Counted from the first letter of the stretch, positions 18,361 through 27,989 are shown. The stretch is 64,000 bases of DNA from a bacterium (GCA_021814695.1 JAKAHY010000001.1:45278-109277); one strand, 5' to 3'. The notes: generated from the sequence alone by a model not told the origin. Numbers and translations are program-made.

Positions 18361-19656
18361 ATGGAATTTTTAAAAATAATCAAGAATCTTAAGCGGGCAG
18401 GCTCTGTTGCGATAATTGCTATTGTAGTTGCCGCCATTGTCGGGAGTTCTTATTATCTCGGATTTGTTAAGGGGCAACAGCAGTCCCAAAAAATTGTAGT
18501 TGAAGACGTTAAAAACATAAACAACCCTAACACGGGAGATTTTAGCCTCTTTTGGGAAGTCTGGAACGATATTAAATCACAATTTGTGACCGCTTCCAGC
18601 ACGGATAATAATCAAAATCTTGTTTACGGAGCTATTTCTGGCCTGGTCTCATCGCTTGGAGACCAATATTCGGTTTTTTTCCCGCCAAAAGAAGCAGCCA
18701 GCTTCAATCAGGAAATCAGCGGGAAATTCGATGGAATTGGAGCTGAAATCGGACTCAATGAACAGAATCAGATTGTGGTAATCGCCCCACTTAAAGACAC
18801 GCCGGCTTATAATGCCGGAATTAAATCGGGGGATATCATCATAAAAATTAATGGGGAATTAACAACCGGAATGTCCGTTGATGCGGCGGTTAAGCAAATT
18901 CGTGGGCAAAAAGGAACGACTGTTACATTAAATATCTACCGCCAAGGATGGAAAGATGCCAAAGACATACAAATTGTGCGGGATACTATTCAGGTTCCAA
19001 CCCTGGATTATAAGCAAATTGACGCATCCGGAAATGAGAATCCTTCCGGATCGATAGCTTACATAAGAATTTATAATTTCTATGAAAATGCGGATCTTCT
19101 TTTCTATCAATCCGCGCTCAGAGTTGCTACCTCCAAAACCAAAGGGATAATAATAGACTTAAGAGATAATCCCGGAGGGTATCTTGATTCCGCAGTCAAT
19201 ATAGCCGGATGGTTTGTAGATAAAGGAAAGAATGTAGTAACCGAAGAATCCAGGGATAATAAAAACAACGAAGTTTTTGTTTCCAAGGGGCCGTCTATTT
19301 TCAAAAACATGCCCTTGGTTGTCATAGTCAATAAAGGTTCGGCATCGGCATCCGAAATTCTTGCAGGAGCCCTTAAAGAAAGTGATGGGGGAACAATTGT
19401 TGGAGAAAAAAGCTTCGGAAAGGGGACTGTTCAGGAGCTGGTTCCGCTTAGCGGAGGCTCAATGCTTAAACTTACAATAGCTCACTGGGTCACTCCTCTT
19501 GGCCATTTGATAGACAAAAACGGGATTTTACCCGATATTATCGTGACAGCTCCGACATCAACCGCAACAACGACACAGAGCGGGTATGATAACGATTTAT
19601 CCAAAGATGTAGTATTCAAGAAAGCGTTGGAAGTATTGGATAGCAAGATAAAATAA
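18361..19656 (+). CDS. ctpA: Carboxyl-terminal processing protease (S41, PDZ-containing)
   Basis: N-terminal TM helix, a PDZ domain (GIKSGDIIIKING), and an S41 core (IIDLRDNPGGYL, VVIVNKGSASASE). Confidence 0.85.
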   Translation: MEFLKIIKNLKRAGSVAIIAIVVAAIVGSSYYLGFVKGQQQSQKIVVEDVKNINNPNTGDFSLFWEVWNDIKSQFVTASSTDNNQNLVYGAISGLVSSLGDQYSVFFPPKEAASFNQEISGKFDGIGAEIGLNEQNQIVVIAPLKDTPAYNAGIKSGDIIIKINGELTTGMSVDAAVKQIRGQKGTTVTLNIYRQGWKDAKDIQIVRDTIQVPTLDYKQIDASGNENPSGSIAYIRIYNFYENADLLFYQSALRVATSKTKGIIIDLRDNPGGYLDSAVNIAGWFVDKGKNVVTEESRDNKNNEVFVSKGPSIFKNMPLVVIVNKGSASASEILAGALKESDGGTIVGEKSFGKGTVQELVPLSGGSMLKLTIAHWVTPLGHLIDKNGILPDIIVTAPTSTATTTQSGYDNDLSKDVVFKKALEVLDSKIK

Positions 19657-19661
19657 AAGAG

Positions 19662-19779
19662 AAATAGATATAAGTTGATATATGCTACGCGAAATAAATA
19701 GATATAAGTTGTACTAGTGCAATTTATATCCACTTCTATCAATTTATCTCTACCTATATCCATCTATATCAATATATTT
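19662..19779. repeat. AT-rich direct repeats upstream of rplI (2x aaatagatataagttg; tatatcca/ctatatcaa iterations)
   Basis: 16-bp exact direct repeats at 19662-19677 and 19696-19711, with TATATCCA-like repeats after them. This is probably a promoter or regulatory region. Confidence 0.5.
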
Positions 19780-20253
19780 ATGAAAGTATTATTGCTTCAG
19801 GAAATTCCCAAAGTCGGACACAAGGATGAGGTTGTAGAAGTTTCAGAGGGATTTGCCAAAAATTTTCTTATTCGTACAAAAAAAGCGGTCATTGCCACTC
19901 CTCAAATTATTACCGAATTCAAACAAAAGAAAGAAAAAGAATCCCGATTGGGAGAAGAAAAAACCAAAGAAATCGGCGTGTTGGCAAAAAAGCTTTCGGA
20001 ACAGACCTTTCGATTTCAGGTTAAAACCGGAAAAAATGGAGAGGTTTTTTCATCCGTTCACGATTCAGATATCAGGGAAAAGATTCTTGATTTTGTAAAA
20101 AATAACGGCGGAGCCGCACTAACGATTGATGATATCCAATTTTCCTCAAAACCGGTAAAAGAATTGGGAATGAAAAACATTAAAGTCAGAATCGGAAAGG
20201 GGGAAAACTCCAAACAAATAAGTATCAATATAATAATTGAAGAAAAAAAATAG
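19780..20253 (+). CDS. rplI: 50S ribosomal protein L9
   Basis: MKVLLLQEIPKVGHKDEVVEVSEGFAKNFLI matches the L9 N-domain. I chose the internal start at 19780 over the ORF start at 19717. Confidence 0.85.
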   Translation: MKVLLLQEIPKVGHKDEVVEVSEGFAKNFLIRTKKAVIATPQIITEFKQKKEKESRLGEEKTKEIGVLAKKLSEQTFRFQVKTGKNGEVFSSVHDSDIREKILDFVKNNGGAALTIDDIQFSSKPVKELGMKNIKVRIGKGENSKQISINIIIEEKK

Positions 20254-20276
20254 AGCCTTAATCGGTTCTATTTGTT

Positions 20277-20564
20277 TTACAACTCAAAAAAACATTCTTC
20301 TTCGGTAATCTGCAGTGCAATTTCTTTGCAATATTCCTCTTCAGCATATCTATCGGGGTACCCACAATTTGGGCACTCCTTATTTTTGTTCAACTTGAAT
20401 TTACACAAAGGACACGAAGATCCAAGCTTTGTTAAATACTCACCCAAAATTCTGAAGGATTCTTCGGGGTCATAGCCACAGGTTTCACAGACTTTTGGAT
20501 TCCTGTCACTGCTGTGGCAAATTGGGCACTTTTGCACCGGACTATCCTTAGGGTTCTGCCGCAA
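20277..20564 (-). CDS. Zinc-ribbon protein (two CxxC...CxxC pairs), TTG start
   Basis: CPICH...CETCG and CPLCK...CPNCG. Confidence 0.45.
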   Translation of the reverse strand: MRQNPKDSPVQKCPICHSSDRNPKVCETCGYDPEESFRILGEYLTKLGSSCPLCKFKLNKNKECPNCGYPDRYAEEEYCKEIALQITEEECFFEL

Positions 20565-20597
20565 GCTTAACCCAGACCGGCAACAGATGTCAATTTA

Positions 20598-20625
20598 TCA
20601 TCCAAAAAAGGCCCTACAGGGCCTT
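20598..20625 (-). terminator. Rho-independent terminator after rpmA
   Basis: The - strand reads aaggccc-tgta-gggcctttttttgg. The stop codon sits in the stem. Confidence 0.7.
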
Positions 20626-20892
20626 TACGCTGACTTTAGTGGCATATCTCTGTCTGCCGTCAAATTTAGTTTTTTTAACCCGTTTATACTGTACTTTACC
20701 GCTTACTGATGCATAGAGAGTATCGTCTCCGGCTCTTTTGACATTGTTTCCCGGAAGATATTGGGTTCCTCTTTGACGAAGCAAAATTTCACCGGCGTTG
20801 ACCCTCTGGTCTTGCTGGCGTTTTATTCCTAATCTTTTAGACTCCGATTCCCGGCCCAATTTAGTTGAGCCGAGCTGTTTAGTATGTGCCAT
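20614..20892 (-). CDS. rpmA: 50S ribosomal protein L27
   Basis: [25 protein letters not shown]...ILLRQRGTQ is canonical L27. Confidence 0.9.
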   Translation of the reverse strand: MAHTKQLGSTKLGRESESKRLGIKRQQDQRVNAGEILLRQRGTQYLPGNNVKRAGDDTLYASVSGKVQYKRVKKTKFDGRQRYATKVSVKAL

Positions 20893-20951
20893 AGGTTAAA
20901 GGTAATATAGTTGTTTGTTACAGATGGCATTATATCGTATAATTTGGCCAT

Positions 20952-21647
20952 ATGTCAACGGCAAAACTCGTATTTGATATTGAAACTATAGGCAATGATT
21001 TTGACTCACTGGATGAGATATCAAAAACTCACCTGCTTAAATATGCAGAGGACAAAGAAGCCCAAGAGGAGGTAAAAGAGGGAACGGCTTTCTACCCGTT
21101 AACCGGAGAAGTGGTGGTTATTGGAATGCTGAATCCGGACACTAATCAGGGAAAGATTTTGGCGCGTAACGAAAAAGTTTCCAATCTTCCCGGTGAACTT
21201 GAAGCCGGAATTTCGGTGGAGCAGGGGAGTGAAAAAGAAATTTTGGAAATATTTTGGGAAACTGCCAGACAATACGACAATTTTATTTCTTTTTATGGAA
21301 GAGGATTTGACGTTCCTTTTATGATGATTCGTTCGGCAATTCTGGGAATAAAACCTTCAAAAAATCTTCTGGCTAACCGGTACCTTAATTTACAACCTTC
21401 CAATGCAAAGCACATAGACCTTTATGACCAGTTGAGTTTTTACGGAGCAGCCAGAAAAAATTTTCCTTTGCATATGTGGAGCAAGGTTTTCGGTATAGAA
21501 AGCCCCAAAGAAGGCGGGGTTACCGGAGATAATGTAACGGCGCTTTACAAAGAAGGTAAGGTTTTGGATATAGCCAAATATAATTTACGCGACTTACGCT
21601 CGACGGCAGAGCTATATCGGAAGTGGGCCGAATATCTTAATTTCTAA
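20952..21647 (+). CDS. RNase H-like 3'-5' exonuclease (PolB-exo-like / YprB family)
   Basis: FDIETIG (Exo I DxE), then FYGRGFDVPFM (Exo II) and a YNLRDL C-terminal motif. Confidence 0.7.
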   Translation: MSTAKLVFDIETIGNDFDSLDEISKTHLLKYAEDKEAQEEVKEGTAFYPLTGEVVVIGMLNPDTNQGKILARNEKVSNLPGELEAGISVEQGSEKEILEIFWETARQYDNFISFYGRGFDVPFMMIRSAILGIKPSKNLLANRYLNLQPSNAKHIDLYDQLSFYGAARKNFPLHMWSKVFGIESPKEGGVTGDNVTALYKEGKVLDIAKYNLRDLRSTAELYRKWAEYLNF

Positions 21648-21648
21648 A

Positions 21649-21825
21649 GATGAATTATAAAGGGAGAATTTTAACTCTGTTTTATTGGATAAAAAGCAAA
21701 AAAAGCGCGATACTTTTTATCGTCATTATTTTTTTATTAATGTCTTTGAGCTTTGCCTTGGGATATATTACGGCCCGTGATTTAACTAAAGTGCCTATAA
21801 TTATCCAGAAAAATTCAAAATAAAA
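21649..21825 (+). CDS. Possible 58-aa membrane peptide translationally coupled to upstream exonuclease
   Basis: The ATG lies 1 nt after the upstream stop. The peptide has a single TM helix. A terminator (aacgcgt-N9-acgcgtttttt, 21829-21858) follows it. Confidence 0.3.
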
Positions 21826-21830
21826 ACGCG

Positions 21831-22106
21831 TTATAAATTGACGCGTTTTTTGTATAATCTCATCTGATAAAGAACAACCAGAGAAAAAATCACTCCCGGA
21901 ATATTGGCAAAGACAATAAACCAGTCGTTTTTCAGGAATCCATATATAGCCCAGATAAGATAGGCGCATGTAACTATACTAAACATCAGTTTATCCAGGC
22001 CATCGCAGCTTTTTCTTCTGTAATTTACCCTGATTTGTGAGGGAAGGCCGATACAGGTGAGTATCAGCGATGTCGCCAGCGCCAGATAGCCGACAAACTG
22101 GATCAA
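21831..22106 (-). CDS. PQ-loop/SemiSWEET-like 3-TM protein
   Basis: 91 aa with 3 TM helices. The LPSQIRVNYRRKS motif in TM1 resembles the SemiSWEET PQ-loop. Confidence 0.55.
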   Translation of the reverse strand: MIQFVGYLALATSLILTCIGLPSQIRVNYRRKSCDGLDKLMFSIVTCAYLIWAIYGFLKNDWFIVFANIPGVIFSLVVLYQMRLYKKRVNL

Positions 22107-22219
22107 AGACCACCCCCTGATTGCTGGAAGAAGGATAACTTACATCGGCATTTTTATCAATTTTAAATTGAATTCTTACGTGACGTGGGTAATAATAGAT
22201 TCAGTTCCAGGAGGATTCT

Positions 22220-22438
22220 GTGGCCGGAAAAACGGGTACGATCGTCCTCATTGTAAACAAAAACAAGGAGATGAGTGAGGCAACCGAAGAATTGATAGAA
22301 AAATTACGACAAATGAGCCGGGATGTTATCGTCGTTAAAGCCGATGAAACTGTATTTCCCAACGTGGCCTTTTCGGCAGAACAGGCAGCCGCAATTCTTA
22401 AAGATGTTTCTGATTCTATAAAAAAACGACTTAATTGA
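22220..22438 (+). CDS. Hypothetical small protein (GTG start)
   Basis: SD CCAGGAGGAT 6 nt upstream. Confidence 0.45.
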   Translation: MAGKTGTIVLIVNKNKEMSEATEELIEKLRQMSRDVIVVKADETVFPNVAFSAEQAAAILKDVSDSIKKRLN

Positions 22439-22472
22439 GTCGTTTTTATATTATTGATTTTTTATTAAACTC

Positions 22473-22763
22473 ATGAAATACTCGTATCAGCTTTTTGGGA
22501 GTGAGACCGTGTTTAATCCAGAACCAAAGCTTGCAACCGTATGGGTTTATATCAGGAATGAAAAGAACGTCAGTAAAACATTGATGGGACTTGTAGAAAC
22601 AATCAACAAGCTGGGTCGTCGAAGCGCAATCGTCAACGAAGTACCGGAAAGTTCCTATGATCTTCCCGCTGTCGAGTATCTTGGGCATGTCCGATATGGA
22701 GAATCGGCAGAAAGACTTCTGGCGAGCATCGCTGCACATGATGAGATGAAAATGTCACATTAA
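22473..22763 (+). CDS. Hypothetical protein
   Basis: ORF followed by the hairpin cggcc-atc-ggccg with a T-run (22769-22787). An antisense ORF overlaps it. Confidence 0.4.
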   Translation: MKYSYQLFGSETVFNPEPKLATVWVYIRNEKNVSKTLMGLVETINKLGRRSAIVNEVPESSYDLPAVEYLGHVRYGESAERLLASIAAHDEMKMSH

Positions 22764-22815
22764 AAAAACGGCCATCGGCCGATTTTTAATTCAGATAACC
22801 TGCCCTTCGACTGAC

Positions 22816-23601
22816 TCAGGACAGATAGCCCGCCTGCTTGAGCCAGTATTCGTTTTCCCATTCCCAGAGTTTTTTGGCTCCAAGAAAAGCTTTATAATCC
22901 TCCTTCCAATAGGGAAATTCTTGAAGTTCAATTTCGCCCCGCAAATCGGACCATTCGTGTTCACAAATTGCCGCTTTGGCTCTTAGGCTTTTATTTTTCG
23001 GATCCCAAGGCAAACGAACTTTATCCCGTCCTCCTTTGGAGCGGAATATGGCTCCGCATTTATTACAGATTTTGTTCTGGTCGATTCGCAGTATCCATCG
23101 CGTCTGCAGGGTAGGGAAGTCCTTTTCCAGTGCCGCCATATAGGCCGATGTCTGGAGATTGTAATCACGATAAATCGATTGGGAAGTTTTGATATCCAGC
23201 ACACCGAATTTTCCGTCAATAAGCGCCATCGAGTCGATTGTTCCGGCATATCTTTCGTCATGATTAGCGACCCGTTTTTCCACAAATTCCGGGTCAACTT
23301 GGATTTTTTTAGTTTCCACAAATTTTGCAAAAGCATCGACTGCCGGTTTAACACTCGGGTCAATTTCCGGATTTTTATTCATCATTATTCCCTCAATAGT
23401 TTCATGGATCAAAGTTCCTTCAGCTGCCGATATTTTTTTAACCGATTCACCTTCGGCAAAGTTGGATAATTCGGCATAAAATTTATAAAGGGCCGGCTTG
23501 GCTTTTATCTCGACTATTTTTGTAACTCTGGGATACCAAGAGCCGTCTATGTCGTATCCGGCCAGTTCTTTAAATTGTTTAAGATTAAAATACTGATTCA
23601 T
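22816..23601 (-). CDS. PD-(D/E)xK nuclease, RecB-family/Cas4-like
   Basis: GTIDSMAL..GVLDIKTSQSIY...QTSAY gives the D, E/DxK and QxxxY motifs. A C-terminal Cys triad (CNKCG...C) is present. Confidence 0.65.
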   Translation of the reverse strand: MNQYFNLKQFKELAGYDIDGSWYPRVTKIVEIKAKPALYKFYAELSNFAEGESVKKISAAEGTLIHETIEGIMMNKNPEIDPSVKPAVDAFAKFVETKKIQVDPEFVEKRVANHDERYAGTIDSMALIDGKFGVLDIKTSQSIYRDYNLQTSAYMAALEKDFPTLQTRWILRIDQNKICNKCGAIFRSKGGRDKVRLPWDPKNKSLRAKAAICEHEWSDLRGEIELQEFPYWKEDYKAFLGAKKLWEWENEYWLKQAGYLS

Positions 23602-23734
23602 CGGTGGAATTGTAGCATTACAATGCCTATTGGCACAATATTATTTATTGTTGTTTGCAATAGATGATATATAGACATGCATAAAATTTACTACTATGAT
23701 GATGTCAGTATTTTGATTCAGAAAGGAGGTCGAA

Positions 23735-24352
23735 ATGGACAGGGGACTGATGGAAAAAATGGCAAGAAAGCGGGTACTTCTTATTAGTGGAGAGATTACT
23801 TCCCAAGATCTTGGGGATATCAGACTAAAATTGATTAACCTTTGTGAAGATTCCAGCGAACCGGTGCTGATCATAATTGACAGTATTGGAGGAGATCTGG
23901 AGGAGGTTTGGGGTTTTTGTGACACGATCCCGATGTTATCCAATACAGTTATCGGCCTGGTGATCGGCAAATGCTATTCATCGGCATTTGTGATTCTTCA
24001 GGCTTGCGATATTAGGCTGGCAACTCCCAATTCGATATTTAGACCTCATCATCTCATCGCATTTATGTCGTATTCTATGTATAAACCGGACGGGAACGTT
24101 ATTGATAATATGTCGAGAGCACTGATTGAGGCTCGTCGTAGTCAAAAACGTATCGAAGATATAATTATGAACCGGTCCGGCCAAAGACGTTCGGTAATCA
24201 AGAAATTCTTTATATTATCGGATGCATTAGAAGCAAGGTTGGATGTTGACGAGGTTTTAGGGGCGGGATTTATCGACGGTCGCATTAGATCAATGTCGGA
24301 ATTGAAATCCAAGATTAAATCGGCTAAAAAGTTCTCAAAACATAGGAAGTGA
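23735..24352 (+). CDS. ClpP/S14-family serine protease-like protein
   Basis: ClpP-like fold pattern (LLISGEITSQ...IIIDSIGGDL...GKCYSSAFVILQACD...RPHHL). SD AGGAGG. Terminator at 24376-24408. Confidence 0.55.
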   Translation: MDRGLMEKMARKRVLLISGEITSQDLGDIRLKLINLCEDSSEPVLIIIDSIGGDLEEVWGFCDTIPMLSNTVIGLVIGKCYSSAFVILQACDIRLATPNSIFRPHHLIAFMSYSMYKPDGNVIDNMSRALIEARRSQKRIEDIIMNRSGQRRSVIKKFFILSDALEARLDVDEVLGAGFIDGRIRSMSELKSKIKSAKKFSKHRK

Positions 24353-24724
24353 TTCTGTTTTATGAGTACTCTAAATCGGCAACAAGATAATTGCCGGTTT
24401 TATTTTTTAATTTGTGGTAAAACAACTAGCTTTATATCCAAAAGGACCGGACTAAGGACTATATGAACAAGGGGAGTGGTTTTTTATCGCAAGCGAGGCG
24501 CTTGGTTTGAATCTCATCGATAATATCGTGAGAAACAAGCGTAAAATAAATGTTGCGATTAAGAAGTGTAAGAAGCTCTCTTAAAATACCGGCAAATAAT
24601 TTATGCCGGCTTTTTTATTGGGGGAGTATTCTTTTTGGGCCTATTTATCAATATACTATCTGTCGCACAATATACATTTTGCGACATAATATAATGGATA
24701 TGTCGGGCTGATTATGTGCCTGTC

Positions 24725-25000
24725 TCATTTAAACAGGTGCAATGCCCACGTTGCTATCTTCGTTAGAACGTCCAGCAATGTTAAGAAAATATTTATTACA
24801 AATTTAACAAAAGGAACAATATATCCGACTCCCTGTGAAACTTGGGATGTGTTGGCATTTCCATTAAGCCAATTCATAACGGCATTAATTACACTAGAAA
24901 GCCCGTCGTACACGGATACAGTCATACTCCAGAGATTGTTCTGCTTTAAAAAGTCTATTACCGGGCTTAATGCGGCCAAGATAACTTTAGTGAAGTCCAT
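24725..25000 (-). CDS. Hypothetical small membrane protein, last gene of tRNA-Cys-gltX-M23 operon
   Basis: 91 aa, hydrophobic. A terminator hairpin ccggca-N9-tgccgg with a T-run at ~24588-24618 follows it on the - strand. Confidence 0.45.
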   Translation of the reverse strand: MDFTKVILAALSPVIDFLKQNNLWSMTVSVYDGLSSVINAVMNWLNGNANTSQVSQGVGYIVPFVKFVINIFLTLLDVLTKIATWALHLFK

Positions 25001-25018
25001 ATGATTAATTATAACATT

Positions 25019-26311
25019 TTAGGGTAAAACGACAACATATCTTGTGGGATTAAGGTCACCACCGTATGGCATTTTGGGGCCGCAAGTTTTACTTCCGCCG
25101 ATATAGAACGTTTCCGAATCATAAACTCCAAAATGAACGTGAGGGCCGGTAGCATATCCGGTCTGGCCGACATAACCTATAACTTCACCACGCTGAACCT
25201 GTTGACCATCCTTTACAGCTATCAACGACATATGTCCGTATATGGTCGTCAGCCCATCATAATGCCGAATAGCTACATATTTTCCGTATGCTCCCTTATA
25301 ACAATATCTGTCTTGATTGTCGGTGCTTTGCACAACTCCGTCTGCGGCGGCAACAATGGGAGTTCCTATGGGGGCGGATATGTCGATTCCGTTGTGCCAC
25401 TTGCCTCTGTAGGCCGATCTTGCAAAGTTTGTAGCTCCATATCCTTGGGTCAGTATCCCCTTCACCGGAAGAGTTAAAAGACCGGGAACGCTTGCGGGAA
25501 GATTTTTATAATTGATTTGCTGACGAAGAGTAGATTCTATTTTTTCTATTTCCACGGCTATATCGGACTGGCGCTGCTCCAATTGTTTAATTGAATCCTG
25601 ATAGGTTTTTTCCTGGGACTTGGTCTGATTTAAAAGTTGTTTTTTCTGTTCAAGCAGATCGGAAGCGATTATTTTCTTACTTTGAAGGTTTGAGACCTCT
25701 GTTTGTTTTTGATCTTTAGTGTCGGCGCTGTCGGCAATAGCTCTGTTGAGATTTTTTTTGGAATCATTTAACTGTTTTATGCTTATGAGCAGATTACTGT
25801 TTAAATCCTGCAAAGCCTGAACTTCAAATATGCCTTCGGATAAAGTTTTGTTTTTTAAAAAAGCGACAAGCGGATTGTCATTTTCCTGTTGCTGAATCTG
25901 ACGCAAAACTTCGTTCATGGCGGCAGTTTTTAAATCAACATCGGATTCGGCATCTTTTATATTTTGCTGCATAATCTCGATTTGAAGCGTTAGCTTATCA
26001 ATGGCAATCTTACTGGCCTCAATTCCGAGATTAATCTGACTGACGTTGGAATCGATTTGATTAACGTCGCTTGTAAGTGATTTCTTCTGATTTTGGGTTT
26101 CTGCGAGCTTTTGCTGCTGATCCTGGAGTTGTTGGTTTATGAGCTTTAACTCCTCGTTTTTCGCGTCAATTTGGCCCTGTAGAGCGTTTTTATCGATAAC
26201 TTGAGCTTCTACCCCACTTCTTATATAAGGCAAAAATACCAGTATTACGATACTAAATATTAATGATGTCAATATACGAAAAAACACTTTTTTAATGTCA
26301 AAAGAGGTCAT
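25019..26311 (-). CDS. M23 family metallopeptidase with N-terminal coiled-coil (EnvC-like)
   Basis: Signal/TM segment, a long coiled coil, and a C-terminal LytM motif GKWHNGIDISAPIGTPIVAAADGVV...GPHVHF. Confidence 0.85.
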   Translation of the reverse strand: MTSFDIKKVFFRILTSLIFSIVILVFLPYIRSGVEAQVIDKNALQGQIDAKNEELKLINQQLQDQQQKLAETQNQKKSLTSDVNQIDSNVSQINLGIEASKIAIDKLTLQIEIMQQNIKDAESDVDLKTAAMNEVLRQIQQQENDNPLVAFLKNKTLSEGIFEVQALQDLNSNLLISIKQLNDSKKNLNRAIADSADTKDQKQTEVSNLQSKKIIASDLLEQKKQLLNQTKSQEKTYQDSIKQLEQRQSDIAVEIEKIESTLRQQINYKNLPASVPGLLTLPVKGILTQGYGATNFARSAYRGKWHNGIDISAPIGTPIVAAADGVVQSTDNQDRYCYKGAYGKYVAIRHYDGLTTIYGHMSLIAVKDGQQVQRGEVIGYVGQTGYATGPHVHFGVYDSETFYIGGSKTCGPKMPYGGDLNPTRYVVVLP

Positions 26312-26313
26312 AA

Positions 26314-27756
26314 TTATTTTGCCAGAGCGGCATCTATGCGCTTTAGAGATTCTTTTTTTCCAAGTACTTCCAATATTTCAAACGGACCGGGAGAATTCTT
26401 TAATCCCGAAAGGGCCACCCTCAAAGGCCACAGAGACTCTCCCCTGCCAATTGACGCCGCAACGGGCATTAACTTCTCTTCAAGTACTGTTTTTGAAAAA
26501 TCTTTCGGTTCAAGTTCGTTAATTGCATCGCGCATTCTTGTAAGGCTTTTTTTTGTAGATTCCGGAGAATCATTTTTCCATTTTAACAGTTCCACATCGT
26601 ATTCCGGAATTTCAAACAAAAACCCCGCCCTGTCTTTAAATTCCGAAAGCACTTTCATTCTCTCCTGTTCAATTGCCAACGCTTTGATAAACTTCTTATC
26701 GTCAGAAAGCCACGCTTCGGGAACATATTTTTTCATCTTTTCGGAAAGCTCTTCTAGAGGCATTTTTTTTATGTATTGGGAATTAAACCAATCCAGTTTT
26801 TCCACATTGAATATTGCTCCGGCTTTCTGGACTCTTTTTAAACTGAATTTTGAAACCATTTCTTCTATGGTCAGGATTTCTTTTTCGTCATCGGGATGCC
26901 AACCGAGAAAGGCCAAAAAATTTACCAATGCTTCCGGGATATATCCGGACTTAAGATATTCATCAAATGACGTCTCCATTTTTCTCTTGGACATCTTGCT
27001 CCTGTCGGCATTTAACACGAGTGGAAAATGGGCGTATTTGGGAGGTTCTATTCCCAGCGCTCGTTGAATAAGTATCTGCTTAGGCGTATTGGTTATATGA
27101 TCCTCGCCTCTGATGACGTGGGAAATTTTCATCAAATAATCGTCGATAACGACAGCCAGATTATACAGCGGAGACTGCTCGTTTCTTGCTATTACAATAT
27201 CTCCTATAGTATCGGAATTTACGACAATTTTTCCGCGAATAATGTCGTTAAATTCAATATCCACATTGGACGGGGCAATTAATCTGATAACGCCTTCTTT
27301 GCCGTCTTTTTTATTTTTAGCGATTTGCTCCGGTGAAAGCGATTTACATTTACCGCTGTATTTCGGAAAAAGACCGGATGATAACATTGCCTGGCGTTCC
27401 TGCTCAAGCTCTTCTTTGGTGCAAAAACAAAAATAAGCTCTTTTTTCATCAAGAATTTTTTTTATAAAATCTCTATAAATTTCCGTTCTCTCACTCTGTC
27501 TATAAGGACCATACTGGCCGCCGATGTCCGGACCCTCATCCCAAAGAAGCTTTAGAGCCTTAAAACCTTCAAGAATGTCGTTTTCATAAATAGGAAGAGA
27601 TCTTTCGGTATCGGTATCTTCGACTCTCACTATAAACTTACCCCCTTCTTTTTTGGCAAAAAGATAGTTAAAAAGAGCCGCTCTTATAGTGCCTAAATGA
27701 AGATAGCCCGTAGGTGAGGGCGCAATTCTGACGCGAATTGGCGTTAAATCAGCCAT
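26314..27756 (-). CDS. gltX: Glutamate--tRNA ligase
   Basis: PSPTGYLHLGT (HIGH-type) and KMSKR. It overlaps the M23 start (ATGA). Confidence 0.9.
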   Translation of the reverse strand: MADLTPIRVRIAPSPTGYLHLGTIRAALFNYLFAKKEGGKFIVRVEDTDTERSLPIYENDILEGFKALKLLWDEGPDIGGQYGPYRQSERTEIYRDFIKKILDEKRAYFCFCTKEELEQERQAMLSSGLFPKYSGKCKSLSPEQIAKNKKDGKEGVIRLIAPSNVDIEFNDIIRGKIVVNSDTIGDIVIARNEQSPLYNLAVVIDDYLMKISHVIRGEDHITNTPKQILIQRALGIEPPKYAHFPLVLNADRSKMSKRKMETSFDEYLKSGYIPEALVNFLAFLGWHPDDEKEILTIEEMVSKFSLKRVQKAGAIFNVEKLDWFNSQYIKKMPLEELSEKMKKYVPEAWLSDDKKFIKALAIEQERMKVLSEFKDRAGFLFEIPEYDVELLKWKNDSPESTKKSLTRMRDAINELEPKDFSKTVLEEKLMPVAASIGRGESLWPLRVALSGLKNSPGPFEILEVLGKKESLKRIDAALAK

Positions 27757-27989
27757 GAAGATATTTTAACACGAAAATAGGCCAGATAAAAGGCCTGTTC
27801 TTGGACAAATCCCGCACCTTTTCTCAACCATCTATTGATAAGAACAATAAATTTCACGTCACTAAAATAATTATTTTTTTTCATATGAGTAAGTTGATTA
27901 CAATGACCGACTCCCTGGCAAAACCCGAGTTGATAAAAGGTGCGGGATAAAAAAATGAGCTCTTTATGCCGAGCCCAAGGCCAAGGTTC

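Noticed and set aside
19717-19779. 5' extension of rplI
   Set aside because: The extension translates the AT-rich repeat region. The L9 consensus begins at MKVLLL (19780).
24409-24620. Orphan terminator suggesting an sRNA between the ClpP-like gene and the - strand operon
   Set aside because: The hairpin at ~24588-24618 is equally a - strand terminator ending the gltX-M23-small gene operon, so no separate transcript is needed.
27757-27989. T-box riboswitch in the gltX leader
   Set aside because: The conserved T-box sequence (AGGGTGGNACCGCG) is absent from the - strand leader.
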